61,117 nt of DNA from positions 1 through 61,117 of IMG/VR virus record IMGVR_UViG_3300030330_002046. The stretch is one strand, 5' to 3'. The notes beneath the pieces are model-generated. The model did not search any database, had not been told where the DNA came from, and was given only the letters and a program-made list of their open reading frames with translations. The translations under genes and the position numbers were made by a program. The DNA is from a virus (lineage: Duplodnaviria > Caudoviricetes). Shown here piece after piece: positions 51,923-59,408 of the stretch (its first letter is position 1; each line of letters starts with the position of its first letter).

Positions 51923-52152
51923 TTTATTTCTATTTTATTTTGAGTTTCAATCCAAACCTTAGCACCACAAGATAAAGGTTTATTTGGACGGTAAATTACC
52001 TTAGCAGCCTCTAAACCGTCTTGCCCGTATATAATAGCTTCGTGAGCATAGTCGTTTGTCTTATAGGTCTTGCAAGTAAGAACAGGTTCGTTTTCCTTTT
52101 TTTTTGAGTTAGACTTAATTATATGTTGATTAACATGAATAATTGTTTTCAT
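51919..52152 (-). CDS. Hypothetical protein
   Basis: IIHVNQH...KPLSCGAKVWIET; ATGA coupling to groES. Confidence 0.7.
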   Translation of the reverse strand: MKTIIHVNQHIIKSNSKKKENEPVLTCKTYKTNDYAHEAIIYGQDGLEAAKVIYRPNKPLSCGAKVWIETQNKIEIK

Positions 52153-52809
52153 TTAGTATCCTGTTAAAAGTTTTAATACATCGTCTATAGCTTTGTTTCT
52201 ATGGTTGTCTTCTAGTATAACTTTAAACACATAGTCGCTACCTTTTATTTTATGAACATCGTCAATGGCTGAGTTAAGCTCTGTAGATAAATCAATCTGC
52301 TGATTGTCTCCACAGAATATCATTATAGAGTCTTTACCTAACCTACCTAAAGCCATTCTTAGCTGTGCCTTAGTTAAGTTTTGAAACTCATCTACTATAA
52401 CTACAGCACCGTCAAATGTTCTGCCTCGAAAGTGGGCAAGAGAGACTAGCTCAATTTCCTCTTGCTCCACCATCTTGGCTATCTTATCAGGTTTGTTGTA
52501 TACCTTACGCATATTAGACATGATAGGTACAAGCCAAGGTTCTAGTTTTTCTTTTTCAGTACCGGGCAGAAACCCATTATCTTCAGTCGCAACAGTTGGT
52601 CTTGTAATAATTATCTTGTTATACTGCCTTTTAAAGAACATATCTAAAGCCACTTGAACAGCAAGCAATGTTTTACCTGACCCTGCCTTACCTACAACAA
52701 AGCTATATGGATGCTTTATCATTTGCTCCTTAGCTCTTTTTTGTTCCTCAGACAAGGATATGTTAAACTTCACACTACCCTTTGGTGGCTTCTTAGATTT
52801 ATTTTCCAT
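52153..52809 (-). CDS. phoH: PhoH-family ATPase
   Basis: GKAGSGKT, IIITRP, GFLPG, FRGRTF, VDEFQN, GDNQQID. Confidence 0.92.
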   Translation of the reverse strand: MENKSKKPPKGSVKFNISLSEEQKRAKEQMIKHPYSFVVGKAGSGKTLLAVQVALDMFFKRQYNKIIITRPTVATEDNGFLPGTEKEKLEPWLVPIMSNMRKVYNKPDKIAKMVEQEEIELVSLAHFRGRTFDGAVVIVDEFQNLTKAQLRMALGRLGKDSIMIFCGDNQQIDLSTELNSAIDDVHKIKGSDYVFKVILEDNHRNKAIDDVLKLLTGY

Positions 52810-54388
52810 TACTTCTCATCATGGTAATAATAGCATTAGTGCTAAGTAGTGTAACAGCAACTGACACAGCATTTTGAAGAGCGTTCTTAGTAACTTTCAT
52901 TGGGTCAATAATACCCATCTTCATCATATTACCATACTTATCATTTTTTACATCATAACCCCAACCCTTTGAAAAGTCATCAGAGTATATTGAGTTGTAA
53001 TTTAATCCTGCATTTTCAAGTATTGTTACAATAGGTGATAGTAAAGATACTTTAAGTATCTCATATGCACACTTCTTCTCATCAGACCAATTATCTTTTA
53101 CAACTAATTTACGTGATATGTTTTCAAGAGCTACTCCTCCTCCCGGAAGTATACCCTCAACAGTAGCAGAACGAACAGCACATACAGCATCATCAATACG
53201 GTCATACAGTTCTTTTTGCTCTAGGTCAGTTTTACCTCCTGCATATATAACACCTACACCTCCTGTCAAAGAAGCTATACGTGATAGTATAAACTCACGG
53301 TCAGCTTTTTTATCAGTTATATCATGTGCATCACGAAGCTCAGATACTCGCTTATCAATATCATCTTTAGATACTACACTCTCATCTTTAATAATAATAG
53401 ATGAATCTTTACCTACTATAATTTTTTTAGCCTTACCTAAATCTTTAGGTAGTATCAGACTAAGGTCGTCACCTGTCTTTTCAGAAAAATATGTAGCACC
53501 AACAGATAGTGCAATATCATTCATCAACTCATGTTGCTTGTAACCAAAACTCGGTGGTGATATAACACATATCTTCAAACCGTTCTTCATAACATTAGCA
53601 GCAAGAGTGTTTAACACGTTAGAAGATGCGTTAGCTATAATCAATAACTTTTCACCCTTATTAATAATTGGTTTTAAAACATTCTCAATCTGTAATACAT
53701 TTGTTATCTCAGCATCACTAACAAGAATATTTACATCCTCATAAATACACTCGTCCTTTTTGTGATTATTAATAAATAAATTACTAGAATAACCACGGTC
53801 AACCTTAATACCGTTAGTAACCTCAAAATATGTTTCAGAAGACTGAGAGTTCTCAACCGTAACTATTCCATCTGTACCAACTGAATTATATACTTTAGAT
53901 ATTATATTACCTATATAGGAATCATTGTTGGCAGAAATAGTAGCAACATCCTCAAGTTTATTATTATCAACAGGCTTACTCATCTTCTTAAGATTTTCCA
54001 CTACAACCTTTGTAGCTTCAACTAGCTCTCTAAGAACTAATGTCTTATTCATACCCGACTTTATCATCTCATTACCCGCAAGAGATAAAGCTTGCGATAA
54101 CACGATTGCAGTAGTAGTACCATCACCGGCATTAGTCGCTGTCTTTTCCGAAGCTTCCTTTACAATACGTACTGCAAGATTTTCCACAGAGTCAAGCAAG
54201 CTAATAGACTTAGCAACTGTAACACCATCTTTAGTAACGGTGATTCCATGAGTATGATTTTCTGATTCAATTAGCACTGTGTTACCTCTAGGACCGAGAG
54301 TGCTCTTTACTGCGTTAGTAATTTTTTCTAATCCGCTGAAAAGTTTTTTTCTACCCTCATCAGCAAAGTGTAATTCTTTTGGATTCAT
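52799..54388 (-). CDS. groEL: Chaperonin GroEL-like
   Basis: TLGPRG, TKDGVTVAK, AGDGTTTA, ILPGGG, GIIDPMKV. Confidence 0.95.
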   Translation of the reverse strand: MNPKELHFADEGRKKLFSGLEKITNAVKSTLGPRGNTVLIESENHTHGITVTKDGVTVAKSISLLDSVENLAVRIVKEASEKTATNAGDGTTTAIVLSQALSLAGNEMIKSGMNKTLVLRELVEATKVVVENLKKMSKPVDNNKLEDVATISANNDSYIGNIISKVYNSVGTDGIVTVENSQSSETYFEVTNGIKVDRGYSSNLFINNHKKDECIYEDVNILVSDAEITNVLQIENVLKPIINKGEKLLIIANASSNVLNTLAANVMKNGLKICVISPPSFGYKQHELMNDIALSVGATYFSEKTGDDLSLILPKDLGKAKKIIVGKDSSIIIKDESVVSKDDIDKRVSELRDAHDITDKKADREFILSRIASLTGGVGVIYAGGKTDLEQKELYDRIDDAVCAVRSATVEGILPGGGVALENISRKLVVKDNWSDEKKCAYEILKVSLLSPIVTILENAGLNYNSIYSDDFSKGWGYDVKNDKYGNMMKMGIIDPMKVTKNALQNAVSVAVTLLSTNAIITMMRSNGK

Positions 54389-54410
54389 TGTATATTAAAT
54401 TTGATTTACG

Positions 54411-54418
54411 CAAAGATA
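54411..54418 (-). promoter_or_regulatory. TAnnTTTG promoter for groEL-phoH-groES
   Basis: TATCTTTG upstream of ATG 54388. Confidence 0.65.
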
Positions 54419-54440
54419 GTATATTTTATTTTATTCCAAA

Positions 54441-54600
54441 ATGTTAGAATGACGCTTTTTTCCTCTCCTACTATATATATATATATTATCCCTTTATATA
54501 TTTTTTTATTTACTCTAAAATAGAAATAAAATCAACATTATTAACATTAGTACTGATAATCAATTAGTTAGACTAAAAAAAACAACATTAAAACAACATA
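54441..54600. repeat. Second copy of the AT-rich origin-like element (see 3923-4080)
   Basis: Same ordered blocks, same orientation. Confidence 0.55.
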
Positions 54601-54628
54601 GTATATGTCAATAATAAACATATAAAAC

Positions 54629-54656
54629 AAAAAAAGAGGGATTAACCCTCTTCTTT
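54629..54656 (-). terminator. Intrinsic terminator, possibly bidirectional
   Basis: aagaggg-attaa-ccctctt flanked by A-rich and T-rich runs. Confidence 0.6.
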
Positions 54657-54703
54657 GAAGTGAACGTCACTACCCATTCACTCCTCATCAAACACAATGA
54701 ACC

Positions 54704-54856
54704 TTAAATATCGTCAATGTAATTTTTATAATGCACACTAATAAGTCCTAAGTATAAAATAAACTCAGAGTAATTATACTGCTCATCAGAACTAAAATAA
54801 GCAAAGCCTAAACAAAAACCTATCTTAATTCTATTTTGTATTTCTATTTCATACAC
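54704..54856 (-). CDS. Small hypothetical protein (50 aa, GTG start; not in ORF track)
   Basis: MYEIEIQNRIKIGFCLGFAYFSSDEQYNYSEFILYLGLISVHYKNYIDDI; followed by a terminator. Confidence 0.45.
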   Translation of the reverse strand: MYEIEIQNRIKIGFCLGFAYFSSDEQYNYSEFILYLGLISVHYKNYIDDI

Positions 54857-55310
54857 GGGGTAAAGGTATAAAAAAAATTAGATATATAGAACTAAAAGGT
54901 TATGTGTTGCGTGCAGCGTGCCGGTCGCCCTCAGAAAACCGATTTTGTGCTGAGGGGTGGGGGTTCGTTTTCGCTCGGTGCAATCGGATTTTTTGCCGTT
55001 TTACTGCCGTAAGTCTACAAGCCTTGCAGTACGTTTGGTGCAGTGTTTCGCATTCACGTTTGTAAGGCTCATATTAACCATGATTAACTGCTTTGTCCGT
55101 TCAAACGGACTGCATTCCCTTGTAAACAAAGGCTCTCAGAGATTCGAGATGCAGAGAGAGGATGCACAGCCCCTCCCCGACCATCACCACACCAAACTTT
55201 TCTTGGGGATTTGTCCCGTCTACATCTCAAGTATATACTGAGATTAGACAAAAGATGTAAAAAAAATGAAAATAAATGCGTTTAGCTATTGTATTGTACT
55301 AGAATTAAAC

Positions 55311-55318
55311 TATATTTG
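55311..55318 (+). promoter_or_regulatory. Early-operon promoter
   Basis: TATATTTG with TTG at the -33 position; degenerate palindrome gtccgagaaacgtac just downstream. Confidence 0.7.
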
Positions 55319-55380
55319 TAAAGTGAGTCCGAGAAACGTACTCCGATAATTTAACTTAAATAACTAAAAATCAAGTAATT

Positions 55381-55995
55381 ATGAGACAAATTAATCCAAT
55401 TTTCGAAGAATTGTTAGGAAACAATTGTAATGAGTTCAATGGTGCATTGACGTTAGTAACTGAGTTACAAGACTCAGAGAAGAAGACGTTTGATAAGCAA
55501 ATCAAATTGGCTCACAAGATTTACAAAACATTCGAGTATTTCAAATCAGCCGAATGTAAGCAACAGATGGATTACATTGGTGTAGTGATGACTACCGAAG
55601 AATTCCACAAGCAAATATTCGGATACAACAAATCATTCTTTTACGACATGGTTAAAGTTGGTAAGCTACGTGATGAGTCTAATGACACTATCACTAAGTA
55701 CAAGCGAGAATGTACGAAGTTAGAAAACCAAAACGATAAGACTGCTTCGAGAAGCATCAAGAATCTACTCAAGTACGCTAAGGCAGTTGAGACTGATGGC
55801 GATGATGCTGAGGTTGAATCTACATCTACTACTCTGATGACGTTCGCTATCAAAGGCGATATATTCGATGATGGCAAAGGCGTTTCTATGCGTTTGACTG
55901 CTGACGGACAGATTCATATCAGTGGCGATGAGGATAAGATTCCTCCAATGGTTACTGCATCGTTTAATGAGATGAGAACATCACTAAATTCATAG
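55381..55995 (+). CDS. Hypothetical early protein
   Basis: 204-aa first gene of the + arm. Confidence 0.8.
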   Translation: MRQINPIFEELLGNNCNEFNGALTLVTELQDSEKKTFDKQIKLAHKIYKTFEYFKSAECKQQMDYIGVVMTTEEFHKQIFGYNKSFFYDMVKVGKLRDESNDTITKYKRECTKLENQNDKTASRSIKNLLKYAKAVETDGDDAEVESTSTTLMTFAIKGDIFDDGKGVSMRLTADGQIHISGDEDKIPPMVTASFNEMRTSLNS

Positions 55996-56062
55996 GTTAA
56001 CTGACGAGTCTTCAATAGACGAAACTTGAGTCCGTTTAAACGGACGGACTTGAGTCTTAACC
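55995..56062 (+). ncRNA. Type I hammerhead ribozyme HHR1 (cleavage after C56056)
   Basis: GGTTAA CTGACGA GTCT-tcaat-AGAC GAAA CTTGAGTCC...GGACTTGAG TC TTAACC. Confidence 0.93.
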
Positions 56063-56080
56063 AATAAAAAACAAATAGTT

Positions 56081-56263
56081 ATGACAATTACAATTCAAAA
56101 CGCAAACGGAATCAAATTATGCTCATTCGATGTATGTGCTGAGTACGGATACGAGCAATTCATCCTTGACAATTCTCTTCAGGGTTGTAAGGTAATCAAT
56201 GGAAATCATGAGATTGACATGATATACCCAAATTCAGATGAAATTATAATACAATTAGCTTAA
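56081..56263 (+). CDS. Small hypothetical protein
   Basis: 60 aa; ATG 24 nt after the HHR1 cut site. Confidence 0.65.
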   Translation: MTITIQNANGIKLCSFDVCAEYGYEQFILDNSLQGCKVINGNHEIDMIYPNSDEIIIQLA

Positions 56264-56309
56264 TAAATTAACCATGTCCGTTTAAACGGACTACAAAAAC
56301 CAAATAGTT

Positions 56310-57272
56310 ATGATACAAGGAATTAATTATGCCGTTGAGAACAACCCTAACAGAGGGAGAATGTTACAATACCATGAGGCGAGTAGAATCGGTCTACCAT
56401 TCAGAAAGCTAAACCATACAACACATGAGCGTGATTTGACTCATTTACCGAGAAATACACGTGATTTGACTACCTTTACTAATGATGATGGTGCATTTCA
56501 GTCAAAGTTTGCGATAGGCTTTGAGATTGAGAAGAATAGCTTTCATCGTGGAGCAGTCAAAGAATATCCATTATTCAGTCATTTCGAGTACGATTCATCA
56601 TGTGGAGTTGAAGCAGTGACTAACTTGCTACCATTAGTGGACAAGTCAGTTTGGCGTAACAAGGTGCTTGGTATGTTCTCTGAAGCAAGTAAGATTATTG
56701 AAGATAGATACTCACCATCAAATCAAAGATGTGGAGGTCACATTACTCTTTCTTGTGTGGGTATGAGTGGACAAGACTTGGCTGATAAGCTAAGACCATA
56801 TGCAGGTATTATCTACGCTCTATGGCGATTCAGATTACGCAATTCATATTGCTATGGGAACTTGATGATGAATACAAGTGATTATCATCGTGATTGGGTT
56901 GGACATACGTCAAGCAGTAAGTATCACGTATGTAAGATTATGGACGATAGAATTGAGTTCCGTCTACCTAACCGAGTGGAGTCAGTTAGAAGCATTAATC
57001 TTCGCTATAGGCTTATGTATGAGTTGATGAATTACGCTATCAACAAGCCAAACGGCACGTACGCAGGATTCATCAAGAAGATTAAATCTATACTCTTGTA
57101 TATGTACGATGGCAATGAAGCTAAAGTTGATGAGATTGTTACTCTATCAAAGGCATTCAGAAAGATGCTGATGAGTGGTAAGATTAACGCTGAGGTTGTG
57201 CAGTGGGTTGACCAATACAATAGGCTTACATCACACTACACTACGAGCTTACGCAGAGCTACTGAGAGATGA
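56310..57272 (+). CDS. Putative amidoligase (glutamine-synthetase-fold COOH-NH2 ligase, Amidoligase_2-like)
   Basis: IGFEIE, DSS...VEAVT, CGGHI, RIEFR in the expected order. Confidence 0.7.
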   Translation: MIQGINYAVENNPNRGRMLQYHEASRIGLPFRKLNHTTHERDLTHLPRNTRDLTTFTNDDGAFQSKFAIGFEIEKNSFHRGAVKEYPLFSHFEYDSSCGVEAVTNLLPLVDKSVWRNKVLGMFSEASKIIEDRYSPSNQRCGGHITLSCVGMSGQDLADKLRPYAGIIYALWRFRLRNSYCYGNLMMNTSDYHRDWVGHTSSSKYHVCKIMDDRIEFRLPNRVESVRSINLRYRLMYELMNYAINKPNGTYAGFIKKIKSILLYMYDGNEAKVDEIVTLSKAFRKMLMSGKINAEVVQWVDQYNRLTSHYTTSLRRATER

Positions 57273-57277
57273 TTTAT

Positions 57278-57305
57278 GGGTGTCCGTTCAAACGGACGGA
57301 TGCCC
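57278..57305 (+). other. Palindrome-containing hairpin just upstream of HHR2
   Basis: gggtgtcc-gttcaaacggac-ggatgccc. Confidence 0.75.
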
Positions 57306-57309
57306 TCTC

Positions 57310-57360
57310 TCCGTCCACAAGTGAGTGCTTGTGCTGATGAGACCAAAAGGTCGAAACGGA
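57310..57360 (+). ncRNA. Type III hammerhead ribozyme HHR2 (cleavage after C57315)
   Basis: TCCG TC CACAAGT-gagt-GCTTGTG CTGATGA GACC-aaaa-GGTC GAAA CGGA. Confidence 0.93.
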
Positions 57361-57379
57361 AACTTAAAACCAAATTATT

Positions 57380-57529
57380 ATGAAAAAGTTTAATTATTGG
57401 GCAGTCTTTGTATTGCTATTAGCAAGTGCGATAGGTACGATTTACGCTTTCGCAGTGAGTGGAAGTCTTGTATGGATATTATTAATATTCAGCAGTATTT
57501 ACGCAATTAATTTACACTTAAACCAATAG
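57380..57529 (+). CDS. Small membrane protein (49 aa; not in ORF track)
   Basis: MKKFNYWAVFVLLLASAIGTIYAFAVSGSLVWILLIFSSIYAINLHLNQ; typical aaattattATG leader. Confidence 0.6.
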   Translation: MKKFNYWAVFVLLLASAIGTIYAFAVSGSLVWILLIFSSIYAINLHLNQ

Positions 57530-57534
57530 AAACT

Positions 57535-57672
57535 ATGGAAGCAAAAGCAATAGTAATCGAGGGTAAGTTGGTAAGGATTGATGCCTGTGGAAATTTCTAC
57601 AGGCTCAATGGACTTGGCAAGTGGACTCAGATAAAACCAATGGAATTGTATGAGTTGATAACGCAAGGTTAA
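57535..57672 (+). CDS. Small protein (45 aa; not in ORF track)
   Basis: MEAKAIVIEGKLVRIDACGNFYRLNGLGKWTQIKPMELYELITQG; stop TAA lies in HHR3 stem I. Confidence 0.6.
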   Translation: MEAKAIVIEGKLVRIDACGNFYRLNGLGKWTQIKPMELYELITQG

Positions 57673-57730
57673 CTGATGAGAGTTTATTACTCGAAACATT
57701 AGTCCGTTCAGACGGACTGATGTCTTAATC
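57667..57730 (+). ncRNA. Type I hammerhead ribozyme HHR3 (cleavage after C57724)
   Basis: GGTTAA CTGATGA GAGT-ttatt-ACTC GAAA CATTAGTCCGTT-ca-GACGGACTGATG TC TTAATC. Confidence 0.93.
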
Positions 57731-57743
57731 AAAATTTAATATT

Positions 57744-57941
57744 ATGGAAACAATACAACAAGAGTACCTAAAGAAATTAGTAAACGCTACAGAGACTTAC
57801 ATAAAGAAGTTGGAAGAAGTTCAAGATGACGCACACTTTTATCAGGTAAAGGTAGAGGGTAGACATATCGTTCTTGACATCGCAGACGTAGTTGTTCACC
57901 TACACATGAAGTTAAAGAAGTATAAGGATTTGGTAGATTAA
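57744..57941 (+). CDS. Small hypothetical protein
   Basis: 65 aa; ATG 19 nt after the HHR3 cut site. Confidence 0.7.
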   Translation: METIQQEYLKKLVNATETYIKKLEEVQDDAHFYQVKVEGRHIVLDIADVVVHLHMKLKKYKDLVD

Positions 57942-57960
57942 AATATTATTCTTATCTTTG
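57929..57960 (+). promoter_or_regulatory. Internal Bacteroidota-type promoter
   Basis: TTTG at 57929-57932 and TATCTTTG at 57953-57960. Confidence 0.65.
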
Positions 57961-57992
57961 TCTAAATTTAGTTCAATTAAAACAAAAAAGCT

Positions 57993-58271
57993 ATGCTACA
58001 TTTAAGAGGTCAGTACAGACTGACAAACAAGAAGTACAAAATCAACAAGAAGTTTGATATTACTATCGGTTATGCATCTCCGAACAGAATAACAAAGTCT
58101 TTCGTTAACAGATGCAAGGAGGGAATGGCTGATGACATTGGTCAAGAGATTACTGAATGGTTACTTGATAACTTTTGGGTTAAAGAGTACGAGGAGATAA
58201 GAGAGTTAAGTAAATGCTCTCCTGATGTTGATGACATTAAAATAACAGTTCATGCAAATAAAATCAAATAA
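57993..58271 (+). CDS. Hypothetical protein
   Basis: 92-aa ORF. Confidence 0.65.
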   Translation: MLHLRGQYRLTNKKYKINKKFDITIGYASPNRITKSFVNRCKEGMADDIGQEITEWLLDNFWVKEYEEIRELSKCSPDVDDIKITVHANKIK

Positions 58272-58290
58272 CCAATTAAATTAAATTATT

Positions 58291-58467
58291 ATGAAAGAAC
58301 AAATCTATATGTTAGTTGAATTCAACGGAGAAAATGTACTCCCAAGATTTAGTGTAAGAGAAACTTTTAAAACTTTTGAAGAAGCGAAAGACAAGCTAAA
58401 TATGTTAAACCAAGAAGCTAAAGAAAATGGTTGGACACGAAATTATATTTTAACTAAATCATTATAA
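58291..58467 (+). CDS. Small protein (58 aa; not in ORF track)
   Basis: MKEQIYMLVEFNGENVLPRFSVRETFKTFEEAK...; shared leader taaccaattaaattaaattattATG. Confidence 0.65.
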   Translation: MKEQIYMLVEFNGENVLPRFSVRETFKTFEEAKDKLNMLNQEAKENGWTRNYILTKSL

Positions 58468-58475
58468 AATCAAAT

Positions 58476-58514
58476 ACTTGTGTCCGTTCAAACGGACGGA
58501 CATAAGTTTTAACC
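58476..58514 (+). other. Hammerhead remnant (stem III and 3-prime stem I only)
   Basis: acttgtgtcc...ggacataagt-t-ttaacc; no CTGANGA or stem II upstream. Confidence 0.7.
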
Positions 58515-58537
58515 AATTAAATTAAAATCAAATAATT

Positions 58538-58849
58538 ATGAGTAAGCTAGAAAAAAGTTTTCAGAAAGTACGTTACGTAGGTTGGGAGAGTTCAATGTCT
58601 CCTACGATAGAGCGTGAGAAAAAGACAATGCAATACCATGTTGGTTGGAACAAGGAGTCTAATCGTGGTTGGTTTGAAATCTACGATGTTGAGAGTGGTG
58701 GTGAGGACTACTACGCAGAGGGTGGGCTTGAGTTCACCGGCAAGGTCTTAGATGGATACGATGGTGTGTTTTCCTTAGACGATGAGGTTATTAAGTGCGT
58801 CAAGGGTTGGGGTGCTGATACAAAGGACATGGAAGGAATATTAAGTTAG
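58538..58849 (+). CDS. Hypothetical protein
   Basis: 103 aa; stop TAG overlaps HHR4. Confidence 0.75.
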   Translation: MSKLEKSFQKVRYVGWESSMSPTIEREKKTMQYHVGWNKESNRGWFEIYDVESGGEDYYAEGGLEFTGKVLDGYDGVFSLDDEVIKCVKGWGADTKDMEGILS

Positions 58850-58912
58850 GTTAACTGATGAGGATTAAGTATCCGAAACTTGAGTCCGTTGTAACGGACT
58901 CGAGTCTTAACC
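58849..58912 (+). ncRNA. Type I hammerhead ribozyme HHR4 (cleavage after C58906)
   Basis: GGTTAA CTGATGA GGAT-taagt-ATCC GAAA CTTGAGTCCGTT-gt-AACGGACTCGAG TC TTAACC. Confidence 0.95.
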
Positions 58913-58928
58913 AATTAAATTAAATATT

Positions 58929-59090
58929 ATGGGACAAATGAAAGAATTATTTATCTCGATGCAAGAGGGACTCATGCAAGGGATAGCAATCACGAATGCT
59001 CAGCGTGAGCGTCAGTTGGATGACGAGCATCAGATGAGCGTATCAAAAAAAGTAAAATCAAAAAACAAAACCAATGAAAGCAAACAATAA
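58929..59090 (+). CDS. Small protein (53 aa; not in ORF track)
   Basis: MGQMKELFISMQEGLMQG...; ATG 22 nt after the HHR4 cut site. Confidence 0.55.
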   Translation: MGQMKELFISMQEGLMQGIAITNAQRERQLDDEHQMSVSKKVKSKNKTNESKQ

Positions 59091-59334
59091 AATCATAGCA
59101 GAGTTTATGGGCGACAAGCCTAAAGAATTATTATACACAACATTGTACATAGATTATAGTTCGTCTTGGGACTTGCTTATGCCGGTCGTCCAAAAGATAG
59201 GCGATGAATACTACAACACACCATTTGATGAGACATACTCAAAACTTACAGAGCAATACGAAAACATTTGGACATTGGAAGATACGTACAATGCAGTTGT
59301 AGAGTTTATCAAAGAGCAAAACGAGATAGGTTAA
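59074..59334 (+). CDS. Hypothetical phage protein
   Basis: NKIIAEFMG...YSSSWDLLMPVVQKI...YNAVVEFIK; stop in HHR5 stem I. Confidence 0.75.
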   Translation: MKANNKIIAEFMGDKPKELLYTTLYIDYSSSWDLLMPVVQKIGDEYYNTPFDETYSKLTEQYENIWTLEDTYNAVVEFIKEQNEIG

Positions 59335-59392
59335 CTGATGAGGACTGAGTGTCCGAAACATTAGTCCGTTACAACGGACTGATGTCTTAACC
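59329..59392 (+). ncRNA. Type I hammerhead ribozyme HHR5 (cleavage after C59386)
   Basis: GGTTAA CTGATGA GGAC-tgagt-GTCC GAAA CATTAGTCCGTT-ac-AACGGACTGATG TC TTAACC. Confidence 0.95.
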
Positions 59393-59408
59393 AATTAAAT
59401 TTAATACT

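Noticed and set aside
54957-55241. 94-aa ORF in the divergence region
   Set aside because: GTG start in a G run, no AT-rich leader, atypical composition, overlaps hairpins
867-57732. Short ORFs antisense to or nested in larger genes (e.g. 867-1100, 2463-2705, 13745-13978, 42153-42356, 53118-53543, 57499-57732)
   Set aside because: Shadow frames of well-supported genes, with no leaders or motifs
58476-58514. A sixth active hammerhead
   Set aside because: No CTGANGA, stem II or GAAA in the required place; recorded as a remnant
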